Assembly (NCBI RefSeq): GCF_006345805.1
Contig: NC_043020.1
Span: 2,170,001 to 2,234,000 of the forward strand
Length of the DNA stretch: 64,000 bases
Origin: Octopus sinensis
Taxonomy: Eukaryota
Direction of reading: 5' to 3'
Part shown: one piece after another, positions 40,800 to 54,831 of the stretch
Position numbering within the stretch: the first letter of the stretch is position 1
Layout of the letters: each line of letters starts with the position of its first letter
Made by a program: the position numbers and the translations under genes
Notes under the pieces: generated by a model
What the model was told of the DNA's origin: nothing
The model's database searches: none
The model's input: only the letters and a program-made list of their open reading frames with translations

Positions 40800-41286
40800 T
40801 ATTTTTATTATTAATAATAATAATAATAATTCCTAGCAGTCGACTTCCACTTTTATTCGTTCAGGGCCGATCGATAAAATATGTACCACTTGAACACTGG
40901 GATCGATGTGATCGACTTACCCCACTCCTTACAATGCTGGTCATGTGATTTGAAGATAAAACAGAGTAAGAAGTTTTCTCAGAAGAGACGAGTCGAAACA
41001 ATTGGCCATGTTGTAAGAAACAACGAACGCCACACATACACCTACGTATGTGAATGCATGCCTGTAATATGTAGAAACTCTGTGTGTTAGAAAGTGATAG
41101 AAGAAATGGGTCTAAGTTACATAAAAGAATGCAGCTGTCCAACTACACCATTCGCCGAAATATATATATGTATATTTATGCCGTGAGAGAAATACAGCTA
41201 ATTTCATTTGGGAAGTACAATTCGGCCATTACGAATGCCGCCTCCGCAAGAGTACATTACCTTTAAAAGAAAAGAAAAATGAACAG

Positions 41287-41597
41287 TACACCTTGGGCAA
41301 GTGTCTTGTGAGTGCATTTGGTAGACGGAAACTGAAAGAAGCCCGTCGTATATATGTATGCGTATAAATAATATATATATATATGCTACTGAAGAGGAAA
41401 AAATCTATTATGAGATTAATTCCGAAATTGATTTAATATAGAAAAAACGAACTTTTAAAAAAATTCTTTTGGCCAGCTTTCCTAATTTCAGCTCTACGTG
41501 TTTTCTGTAGCGAGTAAATAATATGTGGAACTTGACGATTTAAAAGTCTGTTATCAGCATATGGCATAGAAATAATTTCTTTAGCCCGTATATATAA

Positions 41598-41666
<69 letters not shown>

Positions 41667-41900
41667 GTGTGTCTATATTTCAGGCGTGTGTTTGTCCCCC
41701 TAGCATTGCTTGACAACCGATGCTGTTGTGTTTAAGTCCCGTAAATTAGCTGTTCGGCAAAAGAGACCGATAGAATAAGTACTAGGCTTACAAAGAATAA
41801 ATCCTGGGGTCGATTTGTTCGATTAAAAGCGGTGCTCCAGCATAGCCGCAGTCAAATGACTGAAACACGTAAAAGAGTAAAGAGTAAAGAGTAAAAGAGC
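41287..41900 (+). mobile_element. SINE family C interrupted in its internal (TA)n by a ~200-bp insert
   Basis: The 5' part (41287-41370) and 3' part (41660-41900) match 31383-31792. Confidence 0.88.
41382..41440 (+). ncRNA. Minimal type I hammerhead-like motif
   Basis: TATGCTA-CTGAAGA-GGAA.aa.AATCT-attatg-AGATT.aa.TTCC-GAAA-TTGA-TT-TAATATA. Stem I pairs at 6 of 7 positions, and the TTGA loop could be a decayed TCGA palindrome. Confidence 0.6.
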
Positions 41901-42175
41901 ATGCAGATAGACATCGCAGTTACTACTAACGTTAGCGGTCGTAATTCGATAATCTGGCAGAAAAAGAAGACATTTTCATCAACAACAAAAAAAAGAACAC
42001 ACGAGCAAGCTAACAATTAACAAAAGGTTAGAATTGAATAAACGCTAGTATAAATAACGGCCATAAATGGCCAGCATGCAGCTGATTTCTTGACCCAATT
42101 CCTCTTTGCACACATGAATGTCGAGGGAACACAATGCACAACGGCAAATTACACAGCAACATGATATATATATAT

Positions 42176-42217
<42 letters not shown>

Positions 42218-42244
42218 TATCTATATATAGAGATAGATAGATAG

Positions 42245-42280
<36 letters not shown>

Positions 42281-42824
42281 GATAGATAGATAGATAGATA
42301 GATAGATAGTATGACTGTGTGTTTGTGCGTGTGCTAAATCGGATACCGCACATGATGAGACACTCTCTCTCACACTTTCTCTCTCCCTCTGTCCCTTTCA
42401 TTCACTGATTGTTTCTCTCCCTCTTTCCCCCCCCCCCTCTCTCTCTCTCTCTCTTTTTGTCTCTATCTTTCTCTCCCACTCGGCCCTTTTATTAGCACCT
42501 TTATAAAATAACTATAAAGGTATTTGTGAAGATAATTGGAAAATTATTGACAAAGAGTTTTTAACCTGAAATATCAAGATTGATTAAATATTTCAAAGGC
42601 GATATTACAACAACCTTCTTACTGTCATTTTTTATATCTCAGTTTCTATCTGCATTGCGATTACCTACACGCATACAGAGACACACACACGCACGCACAC
42701 ACACACACCCACACATACACACACACACACACATAATACAAACACACAAACGCATGCATTTATCTATGTATATATAACCATGAATATATGCGTATATAGC
42801 CATGTATATATGCATATCTATAAG

Positions 42825-42924
42825 NNNNNNNNNNNNNNNNNNNNNNNNNNNNNNNNNNNNNNNNNNNNNNNNNNNNNNNNNNNNNNNNNNNNNNNNNNNN
42901 NNNNNNNNNNNNNNNNNNNNNNNN
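42825..42924. other. Assembly gap (100 N)
   Basis: Run of N. Confidence 1.
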
Positions 42925-43489
42925 TGTGTGTGTTTGAATGTGTGTGTGTGTGCAGTCAGTGTATTTGAGTATGTGTGGTGTGTGTGTGTGTGTGTGTTTG
43001 TATTACATAGCAATAGTGAGGGAGTATCAATCCGGGCAAAATACTTCATAAGTCCTCTGTTGGTGCAGCAGGCTAACACTTCAGCTTAGATGAGTGAAAA
43101 ACTCCAAGTAATCTTTTGGTAATGTTCAAAGTTATGGTTCATTACAGTTCTATATTGTAAACCCGTGGATAAGCTTGAGATAAGCTGGTTTTTATTCAGA
43201 GTGATATTTAAGAGACAAGATAAAAATAATGGCCATTACATATAATTTCTTTATTGTAGCAAACCTGGCTTACAGCTGTTTCCAGTAGTCATTATAGGTA
43301 CAATACTCAATTGGTCTATTGATCAATTGGGATGAATTGAAAGACCTAAGAGAATTAATGATACCTTCGTCAGAGCCTTTGCTGGAAATAACAAACAGAG
43401 CACTTAAAGGATGGTTATTGGATGGGGAAAGTGGGGGGAAGATTGAGATGTTTAAGTGGAAAAGGTATAGGCATGTTACAAGATTGCGA

Positions 43490-44000
43490 TGTTTACTTCC
43501 ATTCTGATGTTTCTGGTGCAGCGACCTCCTACTACAACAAGGCTCTAGTAGCCAGCAAATTTAAAGACCGCATCATTTATTTTCCCGGCCCTAACACCAC
43601 AAAAGATAGCGCTGACAAATAGTCATTTGGTTTGTTTTCCATAGATTATTGAGTAAACATTTTACTCAAAACCACAGATATAGTAAAATATTAAAAAGGC
43701 ATAACTTAAGGTTCACGATCAGTGTTGCACCTAATATAACAAATATATATAAGTGAGTACTTCCCAGTACCCCGTTAGAGGCAAAATGTTCAGGTAAGGT
43801 TTACATTTAGTGCCCAGGGAATGGTCAGTGTAACATAGAAATCGTCTTCTACGAAGCAGAGGAGGTGTCGTCCAGTAACAACTGATCGGAACCCATAAGA
43901 AGAACCCTTTTAAAGCCAGGCTGAATAATCATAAATCCACTTTTAAAATGTAAGAGAAAAGCACGGTTACAAAGTAAGCTACATATGCCTATTAAAAAAG
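43490..44000 (+). mobile_element. Old Penelope-like remnant (thumb to GIY-YIG)
   Basis: Broken frames AATSYYNKALVASKF, VIWF, KHFTQNHRYSKILKRHNL, CPGNGQCNIEIVFYEA and EEPFKARLNNHKSTF are collinear with the element at 24869-25820. Confidence 0.75.
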
Positions 44001-44670
44001 GAAGCAACGATGAAGCCTATATATATACGGTTTCATGGAGAAAGAGCAAGAGAAACTGACGGGAATTCTCCAAATCCAATCTCTTAGTGGCACAGTGAAG
44101 ATCTGTAAGACGTTCCCCAAATTCTCCATCTGAGATTCTCATGTTTATATATGCACACACTTGTGTGTCAGCATCGACTGTTGAGCCAATACACAACTAA
44201 ACCACACATCTACAAATACCAGGAACTCTTAAAGCAAAAGGTTTTGTCGGTTTGTGAGCCATCGGTTTGAACTCTCTTAGGAAGAACTTTCATAAAACTC
44301 AATGAAAAATCATGCACACATATGTATATATTAGATACAACGGGCTTCGTTCAATTTCCGTCCCCAAATCCACTCACAAGCTTTTGATCGGGCCGGGGCT
44401 ATGGCAAAATACACCTGCCCAAGGTGTCACGTAGTGGGACTGAATCAGGAACCGTCAGAATGGAAAAAAAAACCTGCGCCTAATAAATATAACTAGAAAA
44501 TGAGGGGAGCATAGATATGGTGTTGTGTATTCATCACTGCCTTCATGCAATAACATGTCATTCAACTCTTTACGAGTATCTTAAACCATTCTGTGTATTA
44601 AACATACATTACAGACGCATACACACACAGACACACACACACACACACACACACATACACAAACACACAC

Positions 44671-44706
<36 letters not shown>

Positions 44707-45115
44707 CACACAAACACACACAAGCATTGCATTCACCCACTAACATTTTTGTCGCTTTCCCATACGCAAGATATTCACTCGGGAATAATGGCTGATTGTA
44801 TCACTTAACAAAATTAGAATATAATAATGATAATAATAATAATAATAATAATGATGATGATGATGATGATGATGATGACGATGAGGATGTTGATGACAAT
44901 GATAATAATAATAAAATAATAATAAGAATAAGGTGATTGTCAGAGCGTTAATACTATAACTGTGACAAAGTTGAAATATCATGCAGAGACATGTCTCTCT
45001 CTCTCTCTGTCTCTCCAGTTATTTATAATCATCATAATCATCATCATTATTATCACCATCTACATATATGTATTTGTACACACACACACACACACACACA
45101 CAGACACAGACACAG

Positions 45116-45146
<31 letters not shown>

Positions 45147-45314
45147 AATACGTATATGTACGTAAATACATATATGTACACACACATAAAAACATATGTA
45201 TGTTCATGCAAAGATAAATATGTGCATATATAATATGTATATATATATATATATAATACTATAATATATATATATATAGTAATATATAATTATATTATAT
45301 ATATAAATATATAT

Positions 45315-45360
<46 letters not shown>

Positions 45361-45618
45361 ATATATATATTATATTTATGTATGTATATATATATATATA
45401 ATATATATATATATATAATATATATAATATATATATTATATCTGTATACGTGTAATGCTGGTCATGTTTAGTGTTCCACATTATGAAAATATATAAACAT
45501 TAACGTTATCCCTAATTAGTTTATTTTGCAATTTTCAAATTAATTTTATTTTCCTTCGCTCTTCTGTATGCTTGTATAAGCATTTATGTATGTGTGTTTG
45601 TGCATTTACACACACACG

Positions 45619-45649
<31 letters not shown>

Positions 45650-45776
45650 GTGTGTGTGTGTGTGTGTGTATGTATGTAGATACATATAACTCATGTACAC
45701 AAGCTTATATATATGATTCCATAGATCATAAGCACATATTCAGCATACATATACTCACACTACACAAACACGGACG

Positions 45777-45849
<73 letters not shown>

Positions 45850-46251
45850 GTATATGCTTAAATTTATATACATATATATGTGTGTGTGTGTGTGAGTCTG
45901 TGTGAGTCTGTGTGTTGTTTGTAAAAAACAAAAGTCCGAATTAAAAAATTAAAAATTAAAAAATTAAAAAATGTTTTTGTTTTTCTAAATAATATTTTTG
46001 TTGTTTTTGTAAAATCTCAGATGCGCACTCGAAGATGTAGAGCCGTATATATTAAAAATGGGGTATTTGTTATCAAATTGGATAACATATTTTAGTTGCT
46101 AGAACAACATTAATTTCATCCAGGAGGTGAGGTCAGCTTTAGTATGCGCGAACCATGGGGCTTTATTAAGGATGATGGGATTGATAGAGGAATAATAACT
46201 GCAGATATCGAAGTGGATAGATTTAGTGTTTACTTAATTATCGATAGAGTT

Positions 46252-46485
46252 GAAGGCGGCGAGCTGGCAGAAACGTTTGCACGTCGGGCGAAATGCGTAG
46301 CCGTATTTCGTCTGCCGGTCCGTTCTGAGTTCAAATTCCGCCGAGGTCGACTTTTCCTTTCATCCTTTCAAGGTCGATAAATAAAGTACCAGTTACGTAC
46401 TGGGGTCGATGTAATCGACTTAATCCCTTTGTCTGTCCTTGTTTGTCCTTTCTGCGTTTAGCCCCCTGTGGGCAATAAAGAAACA
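46252..46485 (+). mobile_element. SINE family B with 16-bp TSD
   Basis: AATTATCGATAGAGTT at 46236-46251 and 46486-46501. Confidence 0.94.
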
Positions 46486-46839
46486 AATTATCGATAGAGT
46501 TAAACCACTACCCAACCTGGAACGAGTTAGACCATAAATTAAGTTTAATTATTTTCGTTAACGACGGGATGTACTTACCAAGAATATTTTTGCTAAGTAT
46601 ACCGATATCCGAGTTGGAAGTGCAGATAAACGGTGAGTTGGGTTATTGAAGAATTTAGGCTTGTGATCCTTAAAGGCCAAAAGGGGTTGTTTTGGAGATA
46701 AAGGCTGAATTTTCATTTGTAAGTTATATTTTTCCATAATTTTCTTAGCCTCTAGGTTAGCCTTTCTGACAGCATTTTTACTAGTAGTCTTCTATATTTT
46801 TTGTATTTCCTTTCTGAGTAGCTTTAGGTAAAAATATCT

Positions 46840-47140
46840 TTGTTGTTTGTTCCTTCTTGAGCCACGGGTGGCTCATAAGGGCCGGTTTCCCGGCGCATAG
46901 GTTCCCCACCTGGACGGGACGCCGGTCCATTGCAGGTGAGCTGCTAGATGCAGGAGGAAAGAGTGAGAGAAAGTCGTGGTGAAAGAGTCAGCAGAAGCTT
47001 CGCCATTACCTTCTGCCGGAGCCGCGTGGAGCTTAGGTGTTTCGCTCACAAACACACACATTGTCCGGTCTGAGATTTGAACCCGTGATCCATCGACCGT
47101 GAGTCCGCTGCTCTAACCACTAGGCCATGTGTCTCCACAC
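46840..47140 (-). mobile_element. SINE family A head with tail type 2
   Basis: Homologous to 35662-35970; TSD AGGTAAAAAT. Confidence 0.9.
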
Positions 47141-47791
47141 AGGTAAAAATCTGTGTTTAAGTGATACAGGTTACCAGTTTTATCCGATTAAACAAGAACG
47201 TCATCCCTGCTGTTTATTTCTTTGGTAATATTATGCAGAGATTTTAGATGTTTCTTTCTTAAGGGTAAACAATGGAATTTAATCTTCTTAATAGTAGACC
47301 CGAAGCCCTCTTCAAACTCTTAGGTTAGGAGGAGGATTATTTCCCGATTTGAACAATTTACTAAATTCCTAATATTGCTCATTGGAGGCTGGCTTGATAT
47401 CCTTATTATCGAAGAAGAAAGCTTGCCATCTGATACGGTTGATGGATGAGTTAACCTTATTGATGACTTGCTTCAGGAGAACGTTTCTTGGGGGAATAAG
47501 TATATTCTTGAGGGAGGCGTTAATATTAATGATCTCCATTTGCAGTAATTATTCTGGTTGCAGGTTTATCCAAAGAAAGCCTGGTGCATATGTATGAATG
47601 TTCAAGTTATAGGAAAGATCCAGGGAAACGATTACAAGGTGGCCAAATGTGACAGAAGTGTCCTAGAAATCAGGGGTCACACTTGTGTGGGAGTTAATTA
47701 CGGTTAGAAGCGAGACGTATTTTGGAGAACATAGGAAAAAATTGAAAATGGAGACAAACGCTGAAGATGTTATTAAATTATTTATATCTTC

Positions 47792-47885
47792 ATATCTTCG
47801 GCATATGTTTCAATGGATACATTCAAAATAAATCCGACAGGATGAATAATGTGGAGCAATGCATCAATCTTATCGGGGAGGATAT
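47792..47885 (-). ncRNA. Decayed hammerhead at the 5' end of the PLE remnant
   Basis: ATATCCTC.-CCGATAA-GATTGATGCATT...AATGTATCCATT-GAAAC-ATAT-GCC-GAAGATAT. The stems and the palindromic ATAT loop are retained, but the core is mutated. Confidence 0.55.
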
Positions 47886-48121
47886 AAACAACAGTGTGCA
47901 TAGATTATATGCACATATACATACATACACAAACACACGCACACATATACACGAGCACATACACACATATATAAATGTACATGCGTGTACACGCATATAC
48001 ATACACATACATACATACACGCATATACATATTGGTCATTGGAGGGTGGCTTGATAGTTTTATAATCGAAGAAGAACGCGGAGATGTGAAGCGAACGCTA
48101 GTAATTTTAAAATGCCGTTGT

Positions 48122-48480
48122 ATATATATATAAAGCTGAAGTTGTCCGCGTATGGCAGGTTTGGTAGCCTTCAACTAACACTATCTCCTCCGAGACCCTG
48201 CGGCGCAAGTTGACCAAAATTGAGTGTATGTTAGAAGAAGGCTTGCTCTTCATTTTGTAGTAGAAAAAATTCAAATCGGACCATGTTAACACCAAAAATT
48301 ATTTACATCAAAAAGGTGTCTTTTTTCCTATAAAACCCCTATTTTTACGATTATTTGACTGCTGTGTCGCCATTTTTCGGTGTATTCCAACCAGAAAAAT
48401 GTTCACTTAAAGAGAATAACAAACCACATAATGCAAAACTTTTACTTTTCAAAAATTCCAAATTCTAAGGGGTCGAAAAG
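48122..48480 (+). mobile_element. Probable non-autonomous DNA or rolling-circle (DINE/HINE-like) element fragment
   Basis: Starts in TATATATATAAA and is followed by ...ATCTCC...ACCAAAATT. Judged by resemblance only. Confidence 0.35.
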
Positions 48481-48658
48481 AATTTTTTTGTGATGTCATT
48501 GGTTTTGAGCGAACGACGGATCAGCTGATCCAATGCAGAGGAGTAATGTTCGCTGCGTGAATGCACTAATTTTCAAGGTCGTCAACTGCTACAGCGTTGA
48601 GTACAATTCAGCAATTTCAATCGATTTCTGTGAGTAAAAATAATTGCATTAGCGTAAG

Positions 48659-48720
<62 letters not shown>

Positions 48721-49239
48721 ACACACACGCACACGGGGTCTTTCCTTAGGTTAGTTATGCTTACTGACAGTGTCTCGTCATGACGCGTGTTTGATTGAAA
48801 TGGGTTCAACTTATACTAATAAATTATAAGTATACTTATCTTTTCTAGAACATATGTGAAACTTCCTTGAATGACCAACGCTAAATCAGTGTCCTTGTAA
48901 TACTGTGCATGAAGAATTTGAACTCAGAACGTAGCGACGGGCGGTGCTAATTATTCTGCCAGCCACTGGTAATAATAACAACAAAAAATTATAGGTGATA
49001 GCGTTAAATAGCTAGAGAATAAAATTTATAGTACGAGGCGCTTACTTGCTAGAAAGAGGAGCTAAATCATCAACTAAGTCACCGAATTACAATGAAATAC
49101 GCAACGGATCAACAGAAATCGAGCAAGCAAGTAAAGATTAACAAATCATCAAAGCTCCAAGAATCGGATATACCTGGATCATGATTTATATACATACATA
49201 CATACGTACATACATACATTCATACATACACACATATAC

Positions 49240-49288
<49 letters not shown>

Positions 49289-49316
49289 TAGATAGATATA
49301 GATATACATATCTATC

Positions 49317-49404
<88 letters not shown>

Positions 49405-49513
49405 GATAATTTTTTACCGTTATCGGTTTTTTACGCTTGCTAAGCCACTGATATAATAAACAATAATATCATATATATATATACACACGCACGCACACAC
49501 ACACATACACACA

Positions 49514-49553
<40 letters not shown>

Positions 49554-49555
49554 CT

Positions 49556-49611
<56 letters not shown>

Positions 49612-50974
49612 CCTATCTATCTATCCATCTATACACACATACGTATATCTATACATATACACACAAACATGCATGTATATATGCACACACATAAATACCT
49701 ACAAAATTATATACAATCATATATTTAGTCACAAATGACTGAGAAATAGTTTGATGAAATTATATTTATCGATTTCACAACAAATTGTTTCGTAGCTTGT
49801 AAATAATTTATATTATATTTAGTCGTATATAAATGGCTTACATACCTTTTTTTTTAATTCAAAAGGCAAAAAAATCCTTCTTTCTAAATATATGTTTATA
49901 TGTGTGTGTATATGTGAGTATGTGTGTGCGTGGGTGTCTGTATGTAAAATTCGACTTGTGATATATAAAGCAGAAGCATAAACACATACTGTACTTACAA
50001 ACAAATATATACACACATCTCTTCTACATAACCACACATATATATACACACACACCTTTGTCGCCTCTCTCTCTCTCTTTCTCTCTCTCCCATCTTTATT
50101 CCCTCTCTCTTCATCTCTCTCCTCTGACTCCATTTCTCTCTGCTCCTCCCATGCCTCCCTCCCCTCACCCTTCCTATCTCTCTCTTTCTCCTTCCCTCCT
50201 CTCTCTCACTTCTCCGCCTGTCTCACCCGTCTCTTATATACCTCCCTTCTCTCTACTCCTGTATATCTCTTCACTCTCCACCTCTCCCTCTCTTCTCACT
50301 CCGTCTCTTTTCTCTCGATGCATCTCCCTCCTTGCTCCTTACCCCCCTCTTTCTCCACCCTCCTCTATCTTCCCACCTCTTTCTCCCCCTCCTCTCACTT
50401 ACCCCTTCTCTTCCTCCATCCCTCATCTTTCTCTAACTACAAGCCTACAACCGAAGGAAGGGGATTCCTGTTTTGACATATTTCCCAATGGCTTTAATAT
50501 GATTTATGACATGAAAGCCCCCTGGTCAAAGTGACTTCTGATGTATGCGGATTATCAAGAGTTCGCGCACAAATCCGGCTGATCCCCCTTTAGGAAACAT
50601 TAAACACCATTTTTGTTTCTTCCTGTTTTTACTCTCAGAAAGGAATATACAAAACACAGAACTTGGTTTAAAATACTTTCTCCAACTCCACAGGGCTTAG
50701 AATTTATCTAACAATATTTTTTTTCTTTCGCCTCCTAAAGCTCTAATGGGACTTTTAACGATCGCTCGTCTATTTGGCTCCAACTTTATGGCGTGAAAAC
50801 ACCGAGAGATCAATCTTGCTCACAGTCCTGCATACAATACCAGTCTATATGACATAACGTTCCCAAATGATTAATTTACACATACACACACATACACACA
50901 CTGCATGTACACAACCCATACATACACGCAGTGACCGACAATCACTTTATAATATAGACAGTGCAATAAAATGC

Positions 50975-51545
50975 AACGTTAATTCCATAAAAAAACTATC
51001 CAAAATGAACGAAGTTTTGTTTCAATATTTTTAGGACCTAATATCATGCCGTTCGTTCGATTAAGCATGAAATCGATCGAATCATCAATGACAGACTGAT
51101 CCGTGTTTATCCATTCTTCGCTCAATGCTTCTTTCAGCTCTATAATTGATGTAATTTTCCTCGATCTTTCACGCAACCTTCTATTAAGCTTTTTTTTCCA
51201 TACGTTCAATTGGTTTAATATCGGGTCTTTGAGTACACCGTTTCAGAGATTTGATTCCATGAGTTTGTTTCTCAACTTGTGTTACCTTGCTTCTTCAACA
51301 TGGGCTTCATTTTCCTTATAAGAATCACAGACCTTTTGCCACTATCTAACTGTATTTTGGGCCATTTAAATGATTTTAAAAAATAAACCTGAGCTTCGTT
51401 CAATTAAGCATGAAGCCACTTAAATTATAAATGATAGGCTGATTCATGTATAGCCATTGCATGAGTTATTTCCCTTCGCTCATTTTTGTTTGAATTATGC
51501 AAACTAATATTGTTATATTTCGGGACGGTCATTTTCTTTTCCCAA
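50975..51545 (-). mobile_element. Internally deleted Tc1-like element
   Basis: PDIKPIE..W followed by ITSIIELKEALSEEWINTDQSVIDDSIDFMLNR, a Tc1 C-terminus. Confidence 0.75.
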
Positions 51546-51812
51546 ATAAACACACGCACTCTATATTCTTTCTTCACTCGTTTACTACTGTTCTTGATCT
51601 CTCTCTTTTGACTCCATTTCTCTCTGCCCCCTCATTGACTCTCTCCACTCACTCTCTCTTTCTCCTTCCCTCCTCTCTCTTACTTATCCATTGCCCAGAA
51701 ATCTTTCGTCGTACATCTGTGACCTCTTCAGCCACACTTTTCGTCTTCCTCTATCCTCCTCCTCCATTCAGTCTGTTCTGTCACTGATGCATTTGCGCCT
51801 TTATGTGCGTAC

Positions 51813-51830
51813 ATGTGTGAGTGTATGTGT

Positions 51831-51875
<45 letters not shown>

Positions 51876-51952
51876 TGTATGTGTGTGTGTGTGTGTGTGT
51901 ATGTGTGTGTGTGTGTGTGTGTATGTGTGTGTATGTGTGTGTGTGTATGTGT

Positions 51953-52001
<49 letters not shown>

Positions 52002-52333
52002 TGTATGTGTGTGTGTGTGTGTGTGTTGTGTGTGTGTGTGTGTGTGGTGTGTTGTGTTGTATGTGTGTGTATGTGTGTGTGTGTGTGTATGTGTGTGTAT
52101 GTGTGTGTGTGTGTGTGTGTGGTGTGTATGTGTGTGTGTGTGTGTGGTGTTGTATGTGTGTGTGTGTGTGTGTGTTGTGTGGGTGTGTGTATGTGTGTGT
52201 ATGTGGTGTGTTGTGTATGTTGTGTGTTGTGTGTGTGTGTGTGTGGTGTGTATGTGTGTGTATGTGTGTGTGTGTGGTGTGTGTGTATGTGTGTGTATGT
52301 GTGTGTGTGTGTGTGTTGTGTATGTGGTTTGTA

Positions 52334-52365
<32 letters not shown>

Positions 52366-52536
52366 TGTGTGTGGTGTGTGTGTATGTGTGTGTGTGTGTG
52401 TGTGGTGTGTTGTGTTGTGTATGTGTGTGTGTGTGTGTGTGTGTTGTGGTGTAGTGTGTGGTGTGTGTGTGTGTGTGTATGTGGGTGTGTGTGTTGTGGT
52501 GTGTGTATGTGTGTGTAGGTTGTGTGTGTGTGTTGG

Positions 52537-52569
<33 letters not shown>

Positions 52570-52636
52570 GTGTGTGTGTGTGTGTATGGTGGGTGTGTGT
52601 GTGTGTGGTGTGTGTGTGGTGTATGTGTTTGTGTGT

Positions 52637-52678
<42 letters not shown>

Positions 52679-52764
52679 ATGTGTGTGTGTGTGTATGGTG
52701 GTGTATGTGTGGTTGTGTGTGTGTGTGTGTGTGGTGTGATGTGTGGTGTTGTGTGTGTGTGTGA

Positions 52765-52798
<34 letters not shown>

Positions 52799-53235
52799 TG
52801 TATTGTGTGTTATGTGGTGTGTTGTGTGTGTGTGTGTGTTGGGTATGTGTGTGGTGTGTGTGTGTTTGTTGTGTGTGATGTGTGTGTATGTGTGTGTGTG
52901 TGTGTGTGTGTATGTGTGTGTATGTGTGTGGTGGTGTGGTGGGTGTGTATGTGTGTGTGGTGGGTGGTGTGTGTGTGTATGTGTGTGTGTGTGTGGTGTG
53001 TGTGGTATGTGTGTGTATGGGTGTGGTGTGTATTGTGGTGTGGTGTGTGTGTGTGTGTATGGTGTGTGTATGTGGTGTGTGTGTGTGTGGTGTGGTGTGT
53101 GGTGTGTGTGCATGTGTGGGTGTATGGGTGTGTGTGTGTGTGTGTGTGTGGTGTATGTGTGTGTGTGTGTGTGTGTGTATGTGTGTGTATGTGTGTGTGT
53201 GTATGTGTGTGTATGGTGTGTGTGGTGTGGTGTGC
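51813..53235. repeat. ~1.4-kb degenerate (TG)n tract
   Basis: Directly visible; it produces the 461-aa and 514-aa spurious ORFs. Confidence 0.97.
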
Positions 53236-53396
53236 TAGCGCAAGCACGTATGCGCGTGTATGTGCTTTGTATATGGGCTTATCTGTGTATATATGGGCTT
53301 ACCTACTGCACTCTTTATACTCGTACACTTTATATTGTTGTTATCATTATCGTCGTTGTTCTTAGTGATACCCTCCCCTCATCTACGTTTTCTTTC

Positions 53397-53784
53397 CTGT
53401 TGCTTCTGTTGCTGTTGAGCGAACGGTCTTCGTCCCAGAACTCGCAGTGGGAGAAGTCCGAATCGTGGTCCTTTGCTATTTGTAAGACCCGCAGAAGAGA
53501 AAGCAGGTCAACCCCTGACACCGAGAGCATCGACGGATGGCTGAATGCGCATCCAGGCTCAACGGTTGCGTAGGAAGTCGGGGACAAGAAACTGGAAGAA
53601 AAAGTGAGAGAAAGTTGGGGCGAAAGAGTACAACAGGGGTCCCCACCACCCTCTGCCGGAGCCTCGTGGAGCTTTTTAGGTGTTTTCACTCAAAAAACAC
53701 ACACAACGCCCGGTCTGGGAATCGAAGCCGCGATCCTCCGACCGCGAGTCCGCTGCCCTAATCACTGGGCCATTGCGCCTCCAC
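53397..53784 (-). mobile_element. SINE family A head with tail type 3
   Basis: Head nearly identical to 27049; unrelated 3' half ending in (CAACAG)-like repeats. Confidence 0.88.
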
Positions 53785-54266
53785 TGCTGTTGCTGTTCTT
53801 GACCCTTACTCTTGGTATTGTTTTTGCACCTTTCTGTGCTCATGTGTCCTTTCATATTGTTGTTATCATCGTTGTTGTTAGTGGTTTTATTGTTGTTGCG
53901 GCCATTTGTGAAGTTACTGTGTGTTTGTGTGTGTATATGGGTTTCTTTACTATGTTGTTTGTATCCATGCCCTTTATATAGTTCCTGGAAACAAGGTTAA
54001 GGAGCTGTTGTGCTAATGACGGCTGTTGAGCCAGAAACACGAGCCTATAACTCTTCTCTTACCTCAAGGCAAGAAGCCTGTTCTTTGGAAATTCATTTGA
54101 ACTTAAGATTATCTCCTCTTAAGTGGAGCTCGTCTCAAATGCACGCTACATGCCGAAATATCGTTCAACCAATTTCACATGATATGGCACTCTTCTATTT
54201 ATTTCTGTATAACTTCTGGATGAGTTACCTCAGTCCTATATAGTCTTATTATTATTATTATTATTA

Positions 54267-54328
<62 letters not shown>

Positions 54329-54755
54329 GCTACTCTCCATTCAGAGTTAGTTCTCTTAGCTCAATTTTGTTTACATTATTTATCGTTCAATGATTAACTC
54401 TTCCTACCCCATCAAATCGAACAGTTTGTATTGATTTGTCCGCTGATATTAGCTGATGACTTGCTCGTATATATATATGTTCATTGATACGTTTTTCTTT
54501 TACTAGTTTTTATGCTTGGGTTTTATCAAATTAAGGGAATAATAGAATATCATACATTTATCTCCATCGAGGAGAAAATATTATCTAATTAGGGAAAAGA
54601 AAAAAAGAAAAATGAAACCGAAGAATCGACGGGTTGCTTAAAACTTTTCGTAGGGCACTGTATGTGTGCGTGTCTGTATGTGAGTGGTGTGTTTATATTT
54701 GAATATAAACATACATATAAATATGTATCTATCTATCTACATGCATACATACATG

Positions 54756-54809
<54 letters not shown>

Positions 54810-54831
54810 ATATAATATATAATATAATATA

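Larger units (their letters stand above)
46050..47890 (-). mobile_element. Old Penelope-like remnant (5' pLTR and RT N-terminal half) interrupted by two SINEs
   Basis: Minus strand: SDKTGNLYHLNTDFYLKLLRKEIQK...NLEAKKI...FKDHKPKFFNNP...WSNS...WFNSI...IHFDICSYYSSI, containing the PLE RT FDI..FYPSI motif. Confidence 0.82.

Noticed and set aside
51691-53573. Long ORFs of 275-514 aa (Cys/Val- or His/Thr-rich)
   Set aside because: They are translations of the (TG)n tract. The same applies to the YI-, HT-, LS-, poly-N and poly-I ORFs throughout the window.
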